DNA of 64,000 nucleotides from an archaeon (GTDB taxonomy: Archaea; Nanobdellota; Nanobdellia; Pacearchaeales; GW2011-AR1): the NCBI GenBank assembly GCA_018693315.1, contig JABHLR010000005.1:11975-75974 (forward strand), given 5' to 3'. Shown here in pieces: positions 1-9,002 of this stretch; the first letter of the stretch is position 1, and every line of letters begins with the position of its first letter. The notes beneath the pieces were generated by a model. It saw nothing but the letters and a program-made list of their open reading frames with translations, had not been told where the DNA came from and ran no database searches. The translations under genes and the position numbers were made by a program.

Positions 1-192
1 CAATGCTTATGAATCCGAGAACGGAGAGTATTGCCAGGATTGTTATGAATGCCTTTGATAATTGGGTTTCTCTGTAGTGTGAAGTTGTGGCGATCTCTTT
101 TTTTATCATGTTAGAATATGGGATGGGATGTTTATAAGTTTTTATTTTTGTATAATATATAAGCTTATATATTGAAATTTCTTTTATTTTTT

Positions 193-600
193 ATGTCTTA
201 TAAGTTTTTGGAGCACACGGCTGATGTGAAGTTTCGGGCGGAGGGTTCTAGTTTGGAGGAGATGTTTGTTGCTGCGGCTGCGGCTATGAACGAGACTGTT
301 CGTGGGGATATTAAGATTTTGGAGCAGGAGGAGAAGGGTTTTGAGGTTGAAGGGAAAGATCAAGTTGGGTTGTTGTATAATTTTTTGGAGGAGTTTTTGT
401 TTTTGTTGGATGCTGAGGATTTTTTGGTTGCTAAGGTTAAATCTGTTGAGATTGATGATAATAAGTTGAAGTGTGTTGTTGTTGGGGATGCGGCGAAGAA
501 TTATAAGTTTACGAATGATGTGAAGGCTGTGACTTATTCTGATATGTTTGTTAAAGAGAAAGGTGGTAAATTTGTTTGTGAAGTTGTGTTGGATGTATAA
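193..600 (+). CDS. Archease (RtcB activator)
   Basis: N-terminal MSYKFLEHTADVKFRAEG matches the archease HTAD signature. About 136 aa, directly upstream of rtcB. ATG at 193 is preferred over the TTG at 172 used by the ORF track. Confidence 0.75.
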   Translation: MSYKFLEHTADVKFRAEGSSLEEMFVAAAAAMNETVRGDIKILEQEEKGFEVEGKDQVGLLYNFLEEFLFLLDAEDFLVAKVKSVEIDDNKLKCVVVGDAAKNYKFTNDVKAVTYSDMFVKEKGGKFVCEVVLDV

Positions 601-609
601 TTTTATATA
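601..609 (+). promoter_or_regulatory. TATA-like box TTTTATATA, 22 nt upstream of the ATG at 631
   Basis: Archaeal TATA-like element at the spacing seen before most genes in this window. Implies a short-leader or leaderless mRNA. Confidence 0.45.
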
Positions 610-630
610 GTATTCTTGGTAATTGTTTTT

Positions 631-2436
631 ATGAAGAAGAGTGGTATGTCTGCGATTGTTGCTGTAGTTTTGATTGTCTTGGTTACTGTTGTTGCGGTTG
701 GGGTTATTTGGGGTATGGTTATTCCTATGATTCAACAGGATTCAGGATTGGATACTTATGATGCTGATGTTATCATTAAGACGGATGGTGGATATACTTA
801 TTTTGATGAAGAAAAGGGTGTTGCTTGCGTGCAAGTTAAGAGGATTGGCGAAGGTAGGGGTTTGAGAAGGATTGATGTTTTGTTTAGTTATGATGGGGCG
901 ACGCTTGATGATAATGGGAATTTTTCAGGGGAAGAGTTGCCTGACGTTAACGGGATGAAGCAGAAGTGTTTTGATTTGACTAATATTATTGTTCAGGGTG
1001 CTGATGGAAAATATATTGCTCCGGATTCTATAACAATTGTGCCGATTTATTTTGATGGATCAAAGGAGATTGAGGGTACTGTCTCGAAGATTGACAGAGG
1101 TAGGGGGCTTACTTCAGGGAAATTTCTTGATTATGGGAGCGCTGAATCTGTTGGGGGATGTGAAGATGATAGCGGATGTTCGGCGGGGGTTTGCTACAAT
1201 GAGGCGTGTTATTCGGATATTATTGTTGGTGGTAAGGTAGATAATTGTTGGCAGTTGCAGAATATTAATTTGGGTTTGACTGAGGATTATATTTTAATGA
1301 AGGATCTTAATTGCTCAATGACTTCTACCTGGAACGGTGGCGATGGGTTTGACCCGATTGGAAATGATCCAAATGTATTTGCTGGGACTTTTGATGGACA
1401 AGGTTTTACGATAAGTGATTTGTATATCGATAGGCCTTCGGAGAATTATGTTGGGTTGTTTGGTTATGTTAGTGGTGGTGAAATAAAAAATGTTGGATTA
1501 GTTGATGTGATTATTCTTGGGGCTAACGATGTTGGCGGATTAGTTGGAGACAGTCATCAGTCTTTAATAGATAACTCTTATGTTACTGGAGCTGTAACTG
1601 GATCAAATAGTCGTGTAGGTGGATTGGTGGGTTATAGTCGTACAGCCTCTTTGGTAAATAACTCTTATGCGGCTGTAGAGGTAAGCGGGACGAGGGGTTT
1701 TACTGGCGGATTAGTAGGATATAATTATTATTCATCGGTAGATAATTCTTATGCAACTGGAACTGTGTTGGGAAGAGTTGCGCGTACAGGTGGATTGGTG
1801 GGCTATAGTCGTGAAGCGGCAATAGATAATTCTTATGCAACTGGAACTGTAGTTGGTGAAGCATATGTGGGGGGATTGGCCGGAGGTAATCAGAGGTCAT
1901 CAATAAATAATTCTTATGCTAGTGGGAATGTGCGAGGAGTTGATTACATTATAGGAGGATTAGTAGGTTATAATTCTCAATCGACAATAAATAACTCCTA
2001 TGCAATCGGAAATGTAGTTGGTGCAAAATCTACGGGCGGATTATCTGGAAATAATCATCAGGCCGCAATAATTAATTCTTATGCTATTGGAGATGTAAGC
2101 GGAACGGAATATGTAGGTGGGCTTGTGGGTAGTGCTGATTTTTATCCACCAATAAATAATTCTTATGCAACAGGGGCTGTGTCTGGAAGTCGCTATGTTG
2201 GGGGATTGGTAGGGGGCAGTAGTAGTGGTTCCACTCTTATAATCAGTGATTCTTATTGGAATAATCATTATTATAATCCTTCTGTTGGTTGTGGGAATTC
2301 TTGTGACGCTGTTATAATGGCTATTAGTGACGATGAAGGTTGGTTTTATGTTGAGGCTAATGCCCCTATGAATGCATGGAGCAGTTCGGCCTGGACCTGG
2401 TCTGGAACGGGTTATCCAAAACTTATTTGGGAATGA
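631..2436 (+). CDS. Pilin-like (class III signal peptide) surface protein with tandem GLUG-motif repeats
   Basis: N-terminus MKKSGMSAIVAVVLIVLVTVVAVGVIWG is a short basic stretch plus hydrophobic segment typical of archaeal type IV pilin-like signals. The C-terminal half carries about 10 tandem repeats of roughly 40 aa (NSYATGxVxGxxxVGGLVGY) that resemble the GLUG motif. Confidence 0.7.
   Translation: MKKSGMSAIVAVVLIVLVTVVAVGVIWGMVIPMIQQDSGLDTYDADVIIKTDGGYTYFDEEKGVACVQVKRIGEGRGLRRIDVLFSYDGATLDDNGNFSGEELPDVNGMKQKCFDLTNIIVQGADGKYIAPDSITIVPIYFDGSKEIEGTVSKIDRGRGLTSGKFLDYGSAESVGGCEDDSGCSAGVCYNEACYSDIIVGGKVDNCWQLQNINLGLTEDYILMKDLNCSMTSTWNGGDGFDPIGNDPNVFAGTFDGQGFTISDLYIDRPSENYVGLFGYVSGGEIKNVGLVDVIILGANDVGGLVGDSHQSLIDNSYVTGAVTGSNSRVGGLVGYSRTASLVNNSYAAVEVSGTRGFTGGLVGYNYYSSVDNSYATGTVLGRVARTGGLVGYSREAAIDNSYATGTVVGEAYVGGLAGGNQRSSINNSYASGNVRGVDYIIGGLVGYNSQSTINNSYAIGNVVGAKSTGGLSGNNHQAAIINSYAIGDVSGTEYVGGLVGSADFYPPINNSYATGAVSGSRYVGGLVGGSSSGSTLIISDSYWNNHYYNPSVGCGNSCDAVIMAISDDEGWFYVEANAPMNAWSSSAWTWSGTGYPKLIWE
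1450..2262 (+). repeat. In-frame tandem coding repeats (about 117-120 nt unit, about 10 copies) encoding the GLUG-like NSYAxG...GGLVGY motif
   Basis: Periodic recurrence of aattcttatgc(a/t)actgg and ggtggattggtgggtta strings across the region. Confidence 0.7.
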
Positions 2437-2479
2437 TTTGATAGTTAGTTTTATATAATTTCTTTTGGTTTTTGTTGAT

Positions 2480-3880
2480 ATGGATTTGAAGAAGATTTCG
2501 GATGTTGAGTGGGAGATTCCTGTCGAGGATGGGATGTTGGTTCCTGGTCGGGTTTTTGCTAGCGAGGAGCTTATAAAAAATATTAAGGGTGATAAAAGTT
2601 TGGAGCAGATTAAGAATGTGGCGAAGTTGCCTGGGATTTTGAGGGCGAGTTATGCTATGCCGGATATGCATCAGGGTTATGGTTTTCCGATTGGGGGGGT
2701 TGCGGCTTTTGATGTTGATAAGGGCGTGATTAGTCCTGGGGGAGTTGGATATGATATTAATTGTTCGGTTCGATTGTTGAAGACTAATTTGACTGAGGCT
2801 GATTTGAAAGGAAAGGAGCAGGAGATCGCTCATTCTTTGTTTAGGACTATTCCTTCTGGAGTTGGTCGAGGTGGGGATTTGAAATTGAGTGATGATGAAT
2901 TGGATGAGGTTTTGGTTGGTGGTGCGCAGTGGGCTGTTGAGAAGGGTTATGGTAAGGATGATGATTGGAAGCATATTGAGGATGAGGGGAAATTGGGTGG
3001 AGCTGAGCCGAAGTTTGTTAGTGGTAGAGCCAAGGGTAGAGGTCGAGGGCAGTTAGGCAGCCTTGGAGCTGGGAATCATTTTTTGGATGTGTTGATTGTT
3101 GATGAGGTTTTTGATAAACGAGTTGCTGAGATTTTTGGATTGGAGAAGGGGCAGGTTGTGATGCTGATTCATTGTGGTTCGCGAGGATTGGGTCATCAGG
3201 TTGCTTCGGATTATATTAAGGCGATGGAGGACGAGTATGGGGTTCCTGAGTATGATCGTGAGTTGGTGAATGCTCCGATTAAGAGTGAGCTTGGGAGGAA
3301 GTATTTGGGTGCGATGAATTGTGCTGCGAATTTTGCCTATGCTAATAAGCAGTTGATTACGCATTTTGTTCGGGAGAATATGAAGAATTATTTTGCGGAT
3401 TTTGAGGCAGAGGTTGTTTATGATATTTGTCATAATATTGCTAAGTTTGAGAAATTTGAAGATAAGGAAGTTTTGGTTATGAGAAAGGGGGCTACTAGGA
3501 GTTTTGGTCCCGGGAGGGAAGAGATTCCTGAGGATTATAGGACAGTTGGGCAGCCTGTTTTGTTGCCTGGTTCGATGGGGACGGCGTCGTATGTTTTAGT
3601 TGGAACTAAAAAGGCGGAGGAGATTTCTTGGGGCTCAACTGCTCATGGTGCTGGTCGGGCAAAGAGTCGTACTCAGGCTAAGAGAGATATAACGTTTGAA
3701 GAGGCTAGGAAGGATATGGCTAAGCGTGGGATTGTTGTTGAGTTTGGCGGGCAGAAGGGAATGGTTGAAGAGTCACCGTTTTCGTATAAGGATGTTGATG
3801 AGGTTGTTAGGGTTAGTGATGAGGCTGGGATTGGGAAACGAGTTGCTAAGTTACGTCCTGTTATGGTTGTTATTGGATAA
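2480..3880 (+). CDS. rtcB: RNA-splicing ligase RtcB
   Basis: Conserved RtcB blocks GVGYDINCSVR, GAGNHFLDV, IHCGSRGLGHQVASDY and STAHGAGR. About 466 aa. ATG at 2480, in frame with the track ORF that begins at a TTG. Confidence 0.9.
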   Translation: MDLKKISDVEWEIPVEDGMLVPGRVFASEELIKNIKGDKSLEQIKNVAKLPGILRASYAMPDMHQGYGFPIGGVAAFDVDKGVISPGGVGYDINCSVRLLKTNLTEADLKGKEQEIAHSLFRTIPSGVGRGGDLKLSDDELDEVLVGGAQWAVEKGYGKDDDWKHIEDEGKLGGAEPKFVSGRAKGRGRGQLGSLGAGNHFLDVLIVDEVFDKRVAEIFGLEKGQVVMLIHCGSRGLGHQVASDYIKAMEDEYGVPEYDRELVNAPIKSELGRKYLGAMNCAANFAYANKQLITHFVRENMKNYFADFEAEVVYDICHNIAKFEKFEDKEVLVMRKGATRSFGPGREEIPEDYRTVGQPVLLPGSMGTASYVLVGTKKAEEISWGSTAHGAGRAKSRTQAKRDITFEEARKDMAKRGIVVEFGGQKGMVEESPFSYKDVDEVVRVSDEAGIGKRVAKLRPVMVVIG

Positions 3881-3913
3881 TTATATAAAGTGGTTTGTTT
3901 TTAGTAATTTAAG

Positions 3914-4297
3914 ATGGTGAAGTTTAGTTTAGAGGTTGGGAAGAAAGATTTGATGTGGGTTGTGCCTGTAATTTTAGTTTTGGGTGTTGGGTTTGCTTTT
4001 GCTTTTGGTGGGAATACTCCGGACGTTATGGGGCATAGTTCTGAGGAGATTGTAGTTGATGATGCGTTTTGTACTAAGATAATGGGGCATGAGTGTGGAG
4101 TTGATAATGAGGGTACTGCTACTTCTGGGGTTACGTCTCCCGCGTGTACTTTTTGTCAGACCTGTGGTGGTTCTTGGCCTAGTTATCAAGGGACCTTTGT
4201 AGACTATGAAAATATTGCCAGATATAGAGGGGCGAGTTGTTCGGGATCGTGGAATTTTAATGGCGCGCTTAATCATCCGCATTTGTGTTGTAAATAA
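3914..4297 (+). CDS. Small cysteine-rich secreted or membrane-anchored protein
   Basis: Hydrophobic N-terminal segment (WVVPVILVLGVGFAFAFGG) and at least 10 Cys. TATA-like ttatataaag about 25 nt upstream. Confidence 0.45.
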   Translation: MVKFSLEVGKKDLMWVVPVILVLGVGFAFAFGGNTPDVMGHSSEEIVVDDAFCTKIMGHECGVDNEGTATSGVTSPACTFCQTCGGSWPSYQGTFVDYENIARYRGASCSGSWNFNGALNHPHLCCK

Positions 4298-4352
4298 GTG
4301 CTCTGGAAAATTGGTTAGTTAATTATATAAAGTACTTTGTTGTCTGTTGGTT

Positions 4353-5708
4353 ATGAAAAAGTTTGGTGTGATTGTTTTTGCTTTAGTGTTAGTCTTTAGT
4401 TTCGGGTTTGTTGCGGCTGCAAGCTGTGGTGTTAGCGACGATAGTCAGTTGATTATGAGATTGTATCAGGAGAATAATTCTCATGGTGCTCTTTGGAATG
4501 ATACTAATGGTTATGATGTTGAGATTTGTGTGCCTGAGGGTGTGGATGTTGGAGATCATGTTTCTGGATTTAAGTTGTATTTGAGTGATGTGTTTAATGG
4601 GCATGTTTCTAATGTATCGGATGCTGTTTATGATCAGGTTGTTGGTTTTGGTGATAATTTAAATTGCGAATATGTTGAAGGTGATTGCCCTGAGGGATTT
4701 GGGTGTGTTGTGACTTTGTCCGCTGCTACTAATGCTCATCTTGCGACATGTGGTGCTGGTGCTTATTCAAATAAAGTTTGTTGTGGAGGTAGTGAAATTA
4801 TGTGGGCAGATATGAATGGCGATCTGATTAATAGTGCTGATTTGGGAGATACTGTTCAGATGATTAAGACTTATGCTGGCTCTGGAAGTTTTGATATTTT
4901 TGAGAATGATGATAGCCTTTTTGAGTTTCTTGTTGATGTTGATGATGAGATTAGGACTGGTCTTGTTGGTGATGATGTTGGTAGTAATTTGGTTGGGAAA
5001 TGGACGATAACTCGAGAAGATTTGGGAAGGACAGAGTATGGTGATTATACTGAATTTAGATTTATTGTCGACGGTGAAACAAGTGAGGCTTTGAATATTA
5101 ATCCAAAGAGGAATGATTCTAAGATGATTATTAGTATTGAGGATCCGGCTTGTGGGAGTTCTTTTGATGTTGGTGGTCCCTCTAGGCAGATTGGAGTTAT
5201 TGCTAATGATGTCGATGATGAGATTGTTGGGTCTTTGAGTGTTTTGGGTGTTGAGGTTGATACTTTTGGTAATGAGGAAGTTCTTTTGGATCATCCATTT
5301 GGTGTTCCTGGTAATGTGCAGATTATTGCTGAGGCGAATAATACTCGAGGGAAGATATCGCGGTCGGTTTCGAGTGTGATGGTTTTGGATAGGACTGTTG
5401 ATGGTAAATATTCTGCGGCTTGTATTGATAGGCCTAGGAATTTTGAGGATTTTGATGGGAATAGTATTGCGATTGATGCTTCGACGAGTCGGGCTGTTAG
5501 AGTTACTAATGGTGGGACTACAGCGACAGTGATTGTACCTGGAGATCCTGGTTTGAATTGGTATTGGACTTTTTCAAGAAGAGATGGTAATCATGAGATT
5601 AGGAATGTTTTAGGTGTTGCCGGAGAGGAGCTTATTGCTTATAATTTTACTGCTGAGTTTCCTAGTTCTGGAAATAATTGGGCTACGTTGGGATTGGATT
5701 TGGTTTAG
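4353..5708 (+). CDS. Secreted surface protein, paralog family A. The C-terminal roughly 300 aa module is shared with the giant protein ending at 12527.
   Basis: Sec-type signal peptide MKKFGVIVFALVLVFSFGFVAAASC. The C-terminal region EIMWADMNGD...NWATLGLDL is almost identical to the C-terminus of ORF 9003-12527. Confidence 0.7.
   Translation: MKKFGVIVFALVLVFSFGFVAAASCGVSDDSQLIMRLYQENNSHGALWNDTNGYDVEICVPEGVDVGDHVSGFKLYLSDVFNGHVSNVSDAVYDQVVGFGDNLNCEYVEGDCPEGFGCVVTLSAATNAHLATCGAGAYSNKVCCGGSEIMWADMNGDLINSADLGDTVQMIKTYAGSGSFDIFENDDSLFEFLVDVDDEIRTGLVGDDVGSNLVGKWTITREDLGRTEYGDYTEFRFIVDGETSEALNINPKRNDSKMIISIEDPACGSSFDVGGPSRQIGVIANDVDDEIVGSLSVLGVEVDTFGNEEVLLDHPFGVPGNVQIIAEANNTRGKISRSVSSVMVLDRTVDGKYSAACIDRPRNFEDFDGNSIAIDASTSRAVRVTNGGTTATVIVPGDPGLNWYWTFSRRDGNHEIRNVLGVAGEELIAYNFTAEFPSSGNNWATLGLDLV
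4791..5708 (+). repeat. Duplicated 3' gene module, copy 1; the partner copy is 11624-12527
   Basis: About 85-90% nt identity over the 5' part, rising to about 97% over the last 430 nt (ggtaatgtgcagatt...ttgggattggatttgg). Confidence 0.8.
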
Positions 5709-6023
5709 TGTTACCACTTAGAGATTACAGTAATAGAAAGTTTTTTAAATTGGATTTTGCTTGTGATTTTAACAATAAACAACCAAAGATAACTACGATC
5801 GACAACTCATCCTCTGGATGGCGACACACAACAAATTGTTATCAAAAATGAACTCAAAATGACTTCATTCGTACCCGAAATATCTCGTGATATTTTGTAG
5901 GTGAATGGAATACCTGTCATTAGGCGTTGATGCCTTATAATTGAGATTCATAGTTTTTCTATATAGTGTTAACCGGATTAGATGGTTTTGGTTCGGAATA
6001 CCTTCTTTTGAAAGGAGATTGGT

Positions 6024-6473
6024 ATGAATATGCAGTTTTTAGCGACGATGGTGTTGAACGAAAAGGTGATGACTTTCCTGCTCACCTATACCATTGTGTT
6101 CATGGCAGTGGTAGTTTTGACCTCTAAGATTTCATCAATTGTCGCGTTTGTTTCCGCGATTATCGTTCCTTGCTTGTTTTGGAACGGAACTTCTGAAGAG
6201 TTCGCGAGGTATAATCTCAGTTGTAAATTAGATGGCCAGGTCTTCTTCGTGTTCAATTGTATTCTTACGATTATAGGGGTGTTTTATTCTGCCTCCTGTT
6301 ATCGGATTGAGCAAGTAGATAAGAGGCTGGATGCTGCAGGCATTGAACGTCCCGAGACGATTTGGGAAAAGATAGGCCGAGCTTTGAGCTGCGATGAGGA
6401 TGCCGTTGATTCTGCGACTGGTTGGGCAGATAAATTGTCTGATTCGCAGACAGAGGTTAGTGAAGAACAATAA
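6024..6473 (+). CDS. Membrane protein (3-4 TM segments) with an acidic C-terminal tail, function unknown
   Basis: 149 aa ORF preceded by aaaggagattggtATG. Hydrophobic segments. Atypical composition. Confidence 0.5.
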   Translation: MNMQFLATMVLNEKVMTFLLTYTIVFMAVVVLTSKISSIVAFVSAIIVPCLFWNGTSEEFARYNLSCKLDGQVFFVFNCILTIIGVFYSASCYRIEQVDKRLDAAGIERPETIWEKIGRALSCDEDAVDSATGWADKLSDSQTEVSEEQ

Positions 6474-6528
6474 TTCTCGCTTTGTAATGCGAGATTCGAG
6501 TAAGAAACGTCTTTGAAAGGACAGAACG

Positions 6529-7200
6529 ATGAAACGTAGAATGATGATGACGATGCTTATTGGGGCTCTGTTGCTTGGAGCCGGAACTATCGAGACGGTC
6601 GAGGCGGCGGTTATTGTGAGCAGTTTTCAGGATTTGATTCCTGGAGTCGGCGAGTCGGGAGTTGTTGTAAATTCGATGCATATGGACATTAATTATGACA
6701 CTGGAGTTTTGGACAATCTGAAGGTCAGAGACCTGGACACTGGTGTCGATTCGGTAGTTGACGAAATTGGCGTTTGGCACCTTGGGCCCTATAAAAAGGT
6801 CTCAGGCGAATTCGTTTTTGGTGCTTTTGCCAACAACGACAACTGGGTTGCTGATATTGGCCCCGGACAAGCCGGTTGGCTTGATGGATATGCCTATGAC
6901 AGTGTTTTTTCCGAAGGGGAAAGTCCCGACGGTATGCTGTTGGTATTCGATCCTGATGGCGGACAGATGGCCTTGTCGTTTTCTACCGGTCCCCTGGTGT
7001 TTGATGCGAATACGACGCTGTACTGGTTGGACTCTCTCGAGCTTGATGGCTCGATTGGAGATGCCAGTGCTCTTGTGTTCTCATTTGGCCCGAGTGATGT
7101 CCGTATTCCGACTGCCGTCGTCGTACCGGAACCCGCAACCCTGACGCTACTCGCTGTAGGCGGACTGGTCGTTTTGCGCCGTCGCCGATCTCGGAAGTAA
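6529..7200 (+). CDS. Secreted protein with a PEP-CTERM-type C-terminal sorting signal
   Basis: Signal peptide MKRRMMMTMLIGALLLGAGTIETVEA. The C-terminus VPEPATLTLLAVGGLVVLRRRRSRK is a PEP motif followed by a TM helix and an Arg cluster. Confidence 0.6.
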   Translation: MKRRMMMTMLIGALLLGAGTIETVEAAVIVSSFQDLIPGVGESGVVVNSMHMDINYDTGVLDNLKVRDLDTGVDSVVDEIGVWHLGPYKKVSGEFVFGAFANNDNWVADIGPGQAGWLDGYAYDSVFSEGESPDGMLLVFDPDGGQMALSFSTGPLVFDANTTLYWLDSLELDGSIGDASALVFSFGPSDVRIPTAVVVPEPATLTLLAVGGLVVLRRRRSRK

Positions 7201-7228
7201 CGGAAGCCGCATGGGACGGATCCTCGTA

Positions 7229-7278
7229 AAAGGCTTTGTGTATAAGAGACGCTTTCTTATGCACAAGCCTTTTTTATT
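7229..7278 (+). terminator. Intrinsic-terminator-like hairpin followed by a T-tract
   Basis: aaaggctttgtgtataaga...tcttatgcacaagcctttttta forms a long imperfect stem and is followed by TTTTTTATTT. Confidence 0.5.
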
Positions 7279-7374
7279 TCTTAAAATGGTTACCAATGGT
7301 TACCAGTCTTTGGTGTGTGGTTTTTGGGGTGGTCGAGGGGCGCTCAAAATGTTTATAAAGTTGTGATATGTTGG

Positions 7375-8973
7375 ATGGATATGAGGTGGGCTGTAATTGT
7401 TTTGCTTGGAGTTTTTTTATTTAGTTTTGCTAGTGCATTAGATACTAGTGATTGTGATGATAGCATGGTAGCTTATTGGCAGTTTGAGGATAGTTTGGTA
7501 GATGGTTATGGGAGTCATGATGGAGGAAGTTGGAGCGGGGTTTCTGCTTATGGCGCAGTCTTAAGTACAGGTCTCGGTGCTTCTTTTGCTGGGAGTAGTA
7601 ATGTTACTATTGATGATGCAACTGATTTGAGGTTTTCTTCATCCTTCACAATTGAGATGTGGGTTGAGGCTACTGATTCTGGAATTATATTTGAAAAAGG
7701 AAATTATAAAATTGAATGGATAAAAGGTAGTGGTCTCCCAGCTCCTAATAATATTAGAGTGAGTGTCGGCAATGTAGTTCTTGATTCTGAAACTATAAGT
7801 GCTAGTGTTCCTCATTATGTTGCGGTGGTTTGGGATGCTGGGTCGGCGGAGAATTTGAGTCTTTATGTTGATGGTGTTTCTGTTAGTGGGACTTTGACGG
7901 GGGCGAGTGATGCGACAACTGATTTGGTTCTTGGTTATGGTTTTAAGGGTTTGATTGATGAGCTTGCGATTTATAGTAGGGCGCTTAGTGCTAGTGAGCT
8001 TGGTTTGCATCGTGGGCTTACGAATGCGGGGAAGGATTATTGTGATTTGTCTGGGGCTGGTGGGACTTCTGTTACTAGAACTGATTTTAGTGTTAATGGA
8101 TGTACTTTTGTTGGTTCTAATGGTCTCAATGTTGATGTGTCGAGGGGGAAGTGTTCTATTGATCCTAATTATGGTGAGTTTTATTGTGATGATGATCTTT
8201 TTCCTTGGATTACTTCGGAAGTTGGGTTAGGTTGTGCTATGGGAAATAGTGATTATGATACTACTAATAATGATAGTTTTTGTTGTCCGCATGGGTATTT
8301 CTGTAATGAGACTACTAGCGGTGGAGAGTTTAGGTGTAGTCTTCGTCCTGAGACTTGTGCGGAGCAGTTGACACAAACGGATTGTAATGCTGTTGATATT
8401 GGATGTATTTGGTTTGATGGAGTTTGTATTGAGGGACTTGGAGATTTTGATTGTGGTTATTACGAAAAGGGTGTGGATGCAGCGAACGAGGAGATTGCCT
8501 GTAATGCTGATAGGTTTAATCTTAGTAAGGTTGGTATAGGGACCGGGATGTGTGGTGAGACAATACAGTGTGCTGATGAGACGTATTCGATTCCTGTGGA
8601 TAATTGTGCTTGTGCGTGGTATGATGGTGCTGATGATGGAAAGAAGTGTCAGGTTAAGTTGGTTGCTATGCAGTTTTTCCATCAGACTGGTGTAGATCCA
8701 AATAGTTTTTCGTGTTCTAGCTCTTATGAACTTGGTCCTTGTGAGGGTGGGCAGCAGCTTGTGAACTGGACATCTCAGGTTCCTGTGGCGGATTTAATTG
8801 GGTTTACTTTAGGTGATGAGAATCTTACTAAATGCCTTACTGCTATAGGTTGTGATAGCGATAGTGATATTAGAAGTTGTGGTGAGCCGATAATTAAGTT
8901 GCCTGGGTTTAGTTTGTTTGCTTTTTTTGCGTCTTTGTTTATTGTCGGGATGTATTATTATTTTAGGGAATAA
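7375..8973 (+). CDS. Secreted Cys-rich LamG (concanavalin-like) domain protein with a PGF-CTERM-like tail
   Basis: Signal peptide MDMRWAVIVLLGVFLFSFASA. LamG_3-like block (FTIEMWVEA...LSLYVDGVSVSG...GLIDELAIYSRALSASEL). Many Cys. The C-terminus LPGFSLFAFFASLFIVGMYYYFRE is PGF plus a TM helix. TATA tttataaag 23 nt upstream. Confidence 0.7.
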   Translation: MDMRWAVIVLLGVFLFSFASALDTSDCDDSMVAYWQFEDSLVDGYGSHDGGSWSGVSAYGAVLSTGLGASFAGSSNVTIDDATDLRFSSSFTIEMWVEATDSGIIFEKGNYKIEWIKGSGLPAPNNIRVSVGNVVLDSETISASVPHYVAVVWDAGSAENLSLYVDGVSVSGTLTGASDATTDLVLGYGFKGLIDELAIYSRALSASELGLHRGLTNAGKDYCDLSGAGGTSVTRTDFSVNGCTFVGSNGLNVDVSRGKCSIDPNYGEFYCDDDLFPWITSEVGLGCAMGNSDYDTTNNDSFCCPHGYFCNETTSGGEFRCSLRPETCAEQLTQTDCNAVDIGCIWFDGVCIEGLGDFDCGYYEKGVDAANEEIACNADRFNLSKVGIGTGMCGETIQCADETYSIPVDNCACAWYDGADDGKKCQVKLVAMQFFHQTGVDPNSFSCSSSYELGPCEGGQQLVNWTSQVPVADLIGFTLGDENLTKCLTAIGCDSDSDIRSCGEPIIKLPGFSLFAFFASLFIVGMYYYFRE

Positions 8974-8982
8974 TTTAAATAG
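8974..8982 (+). promoter_or_regulatory. TTTAAATAG box upstream of the giant surface-protein gene
   Basis: The same 9-mer recurs at 12544, 17085 and 18591, each time 21-29 nt before an ATG. Confidence 0.45.
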
Positions 8983-9002
8983 GTAATTGGGTTGTGTTGT
9001 TT

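Larger units (their letters stand above)
5709..7310 (+). mobile_element. Compositionally atypical 1.6 kb insert between two paralogous surface-protein genes (putative horizontally acquired island)
   Basis: The G+T-rich codon bias of neighbouring + strand genes is lost here (more C and A). Starts are preceded by GGAGA/AGGA Shine-Dalgarno sequences, there is a bacterial-style hairpin plus T-tract terminator, and it encodes a PEP-CTERM protein. Confidence 0.4.

Noticed and set aside
1-100. C-terminal fragment of an upstream gene at the left window edge (frame 2, ...NAFDNWVSL*)
   Set aside because: It is only about 24 codons and has no recognisable motif, so it is too short to support as a feature.
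184-735. Long minus-strand ORFs antisense to + strand genes (for example 184-735, 2423-2974, 4767-5294, 20478-21464, 63213-63890)
   Set aside because: Their translations are low-complexity N/I/K/R-rich strings typical of the reverse complement of G+T-rich coding sequence. They lack promoters and each overlaps a well-supported gene on the other strand.
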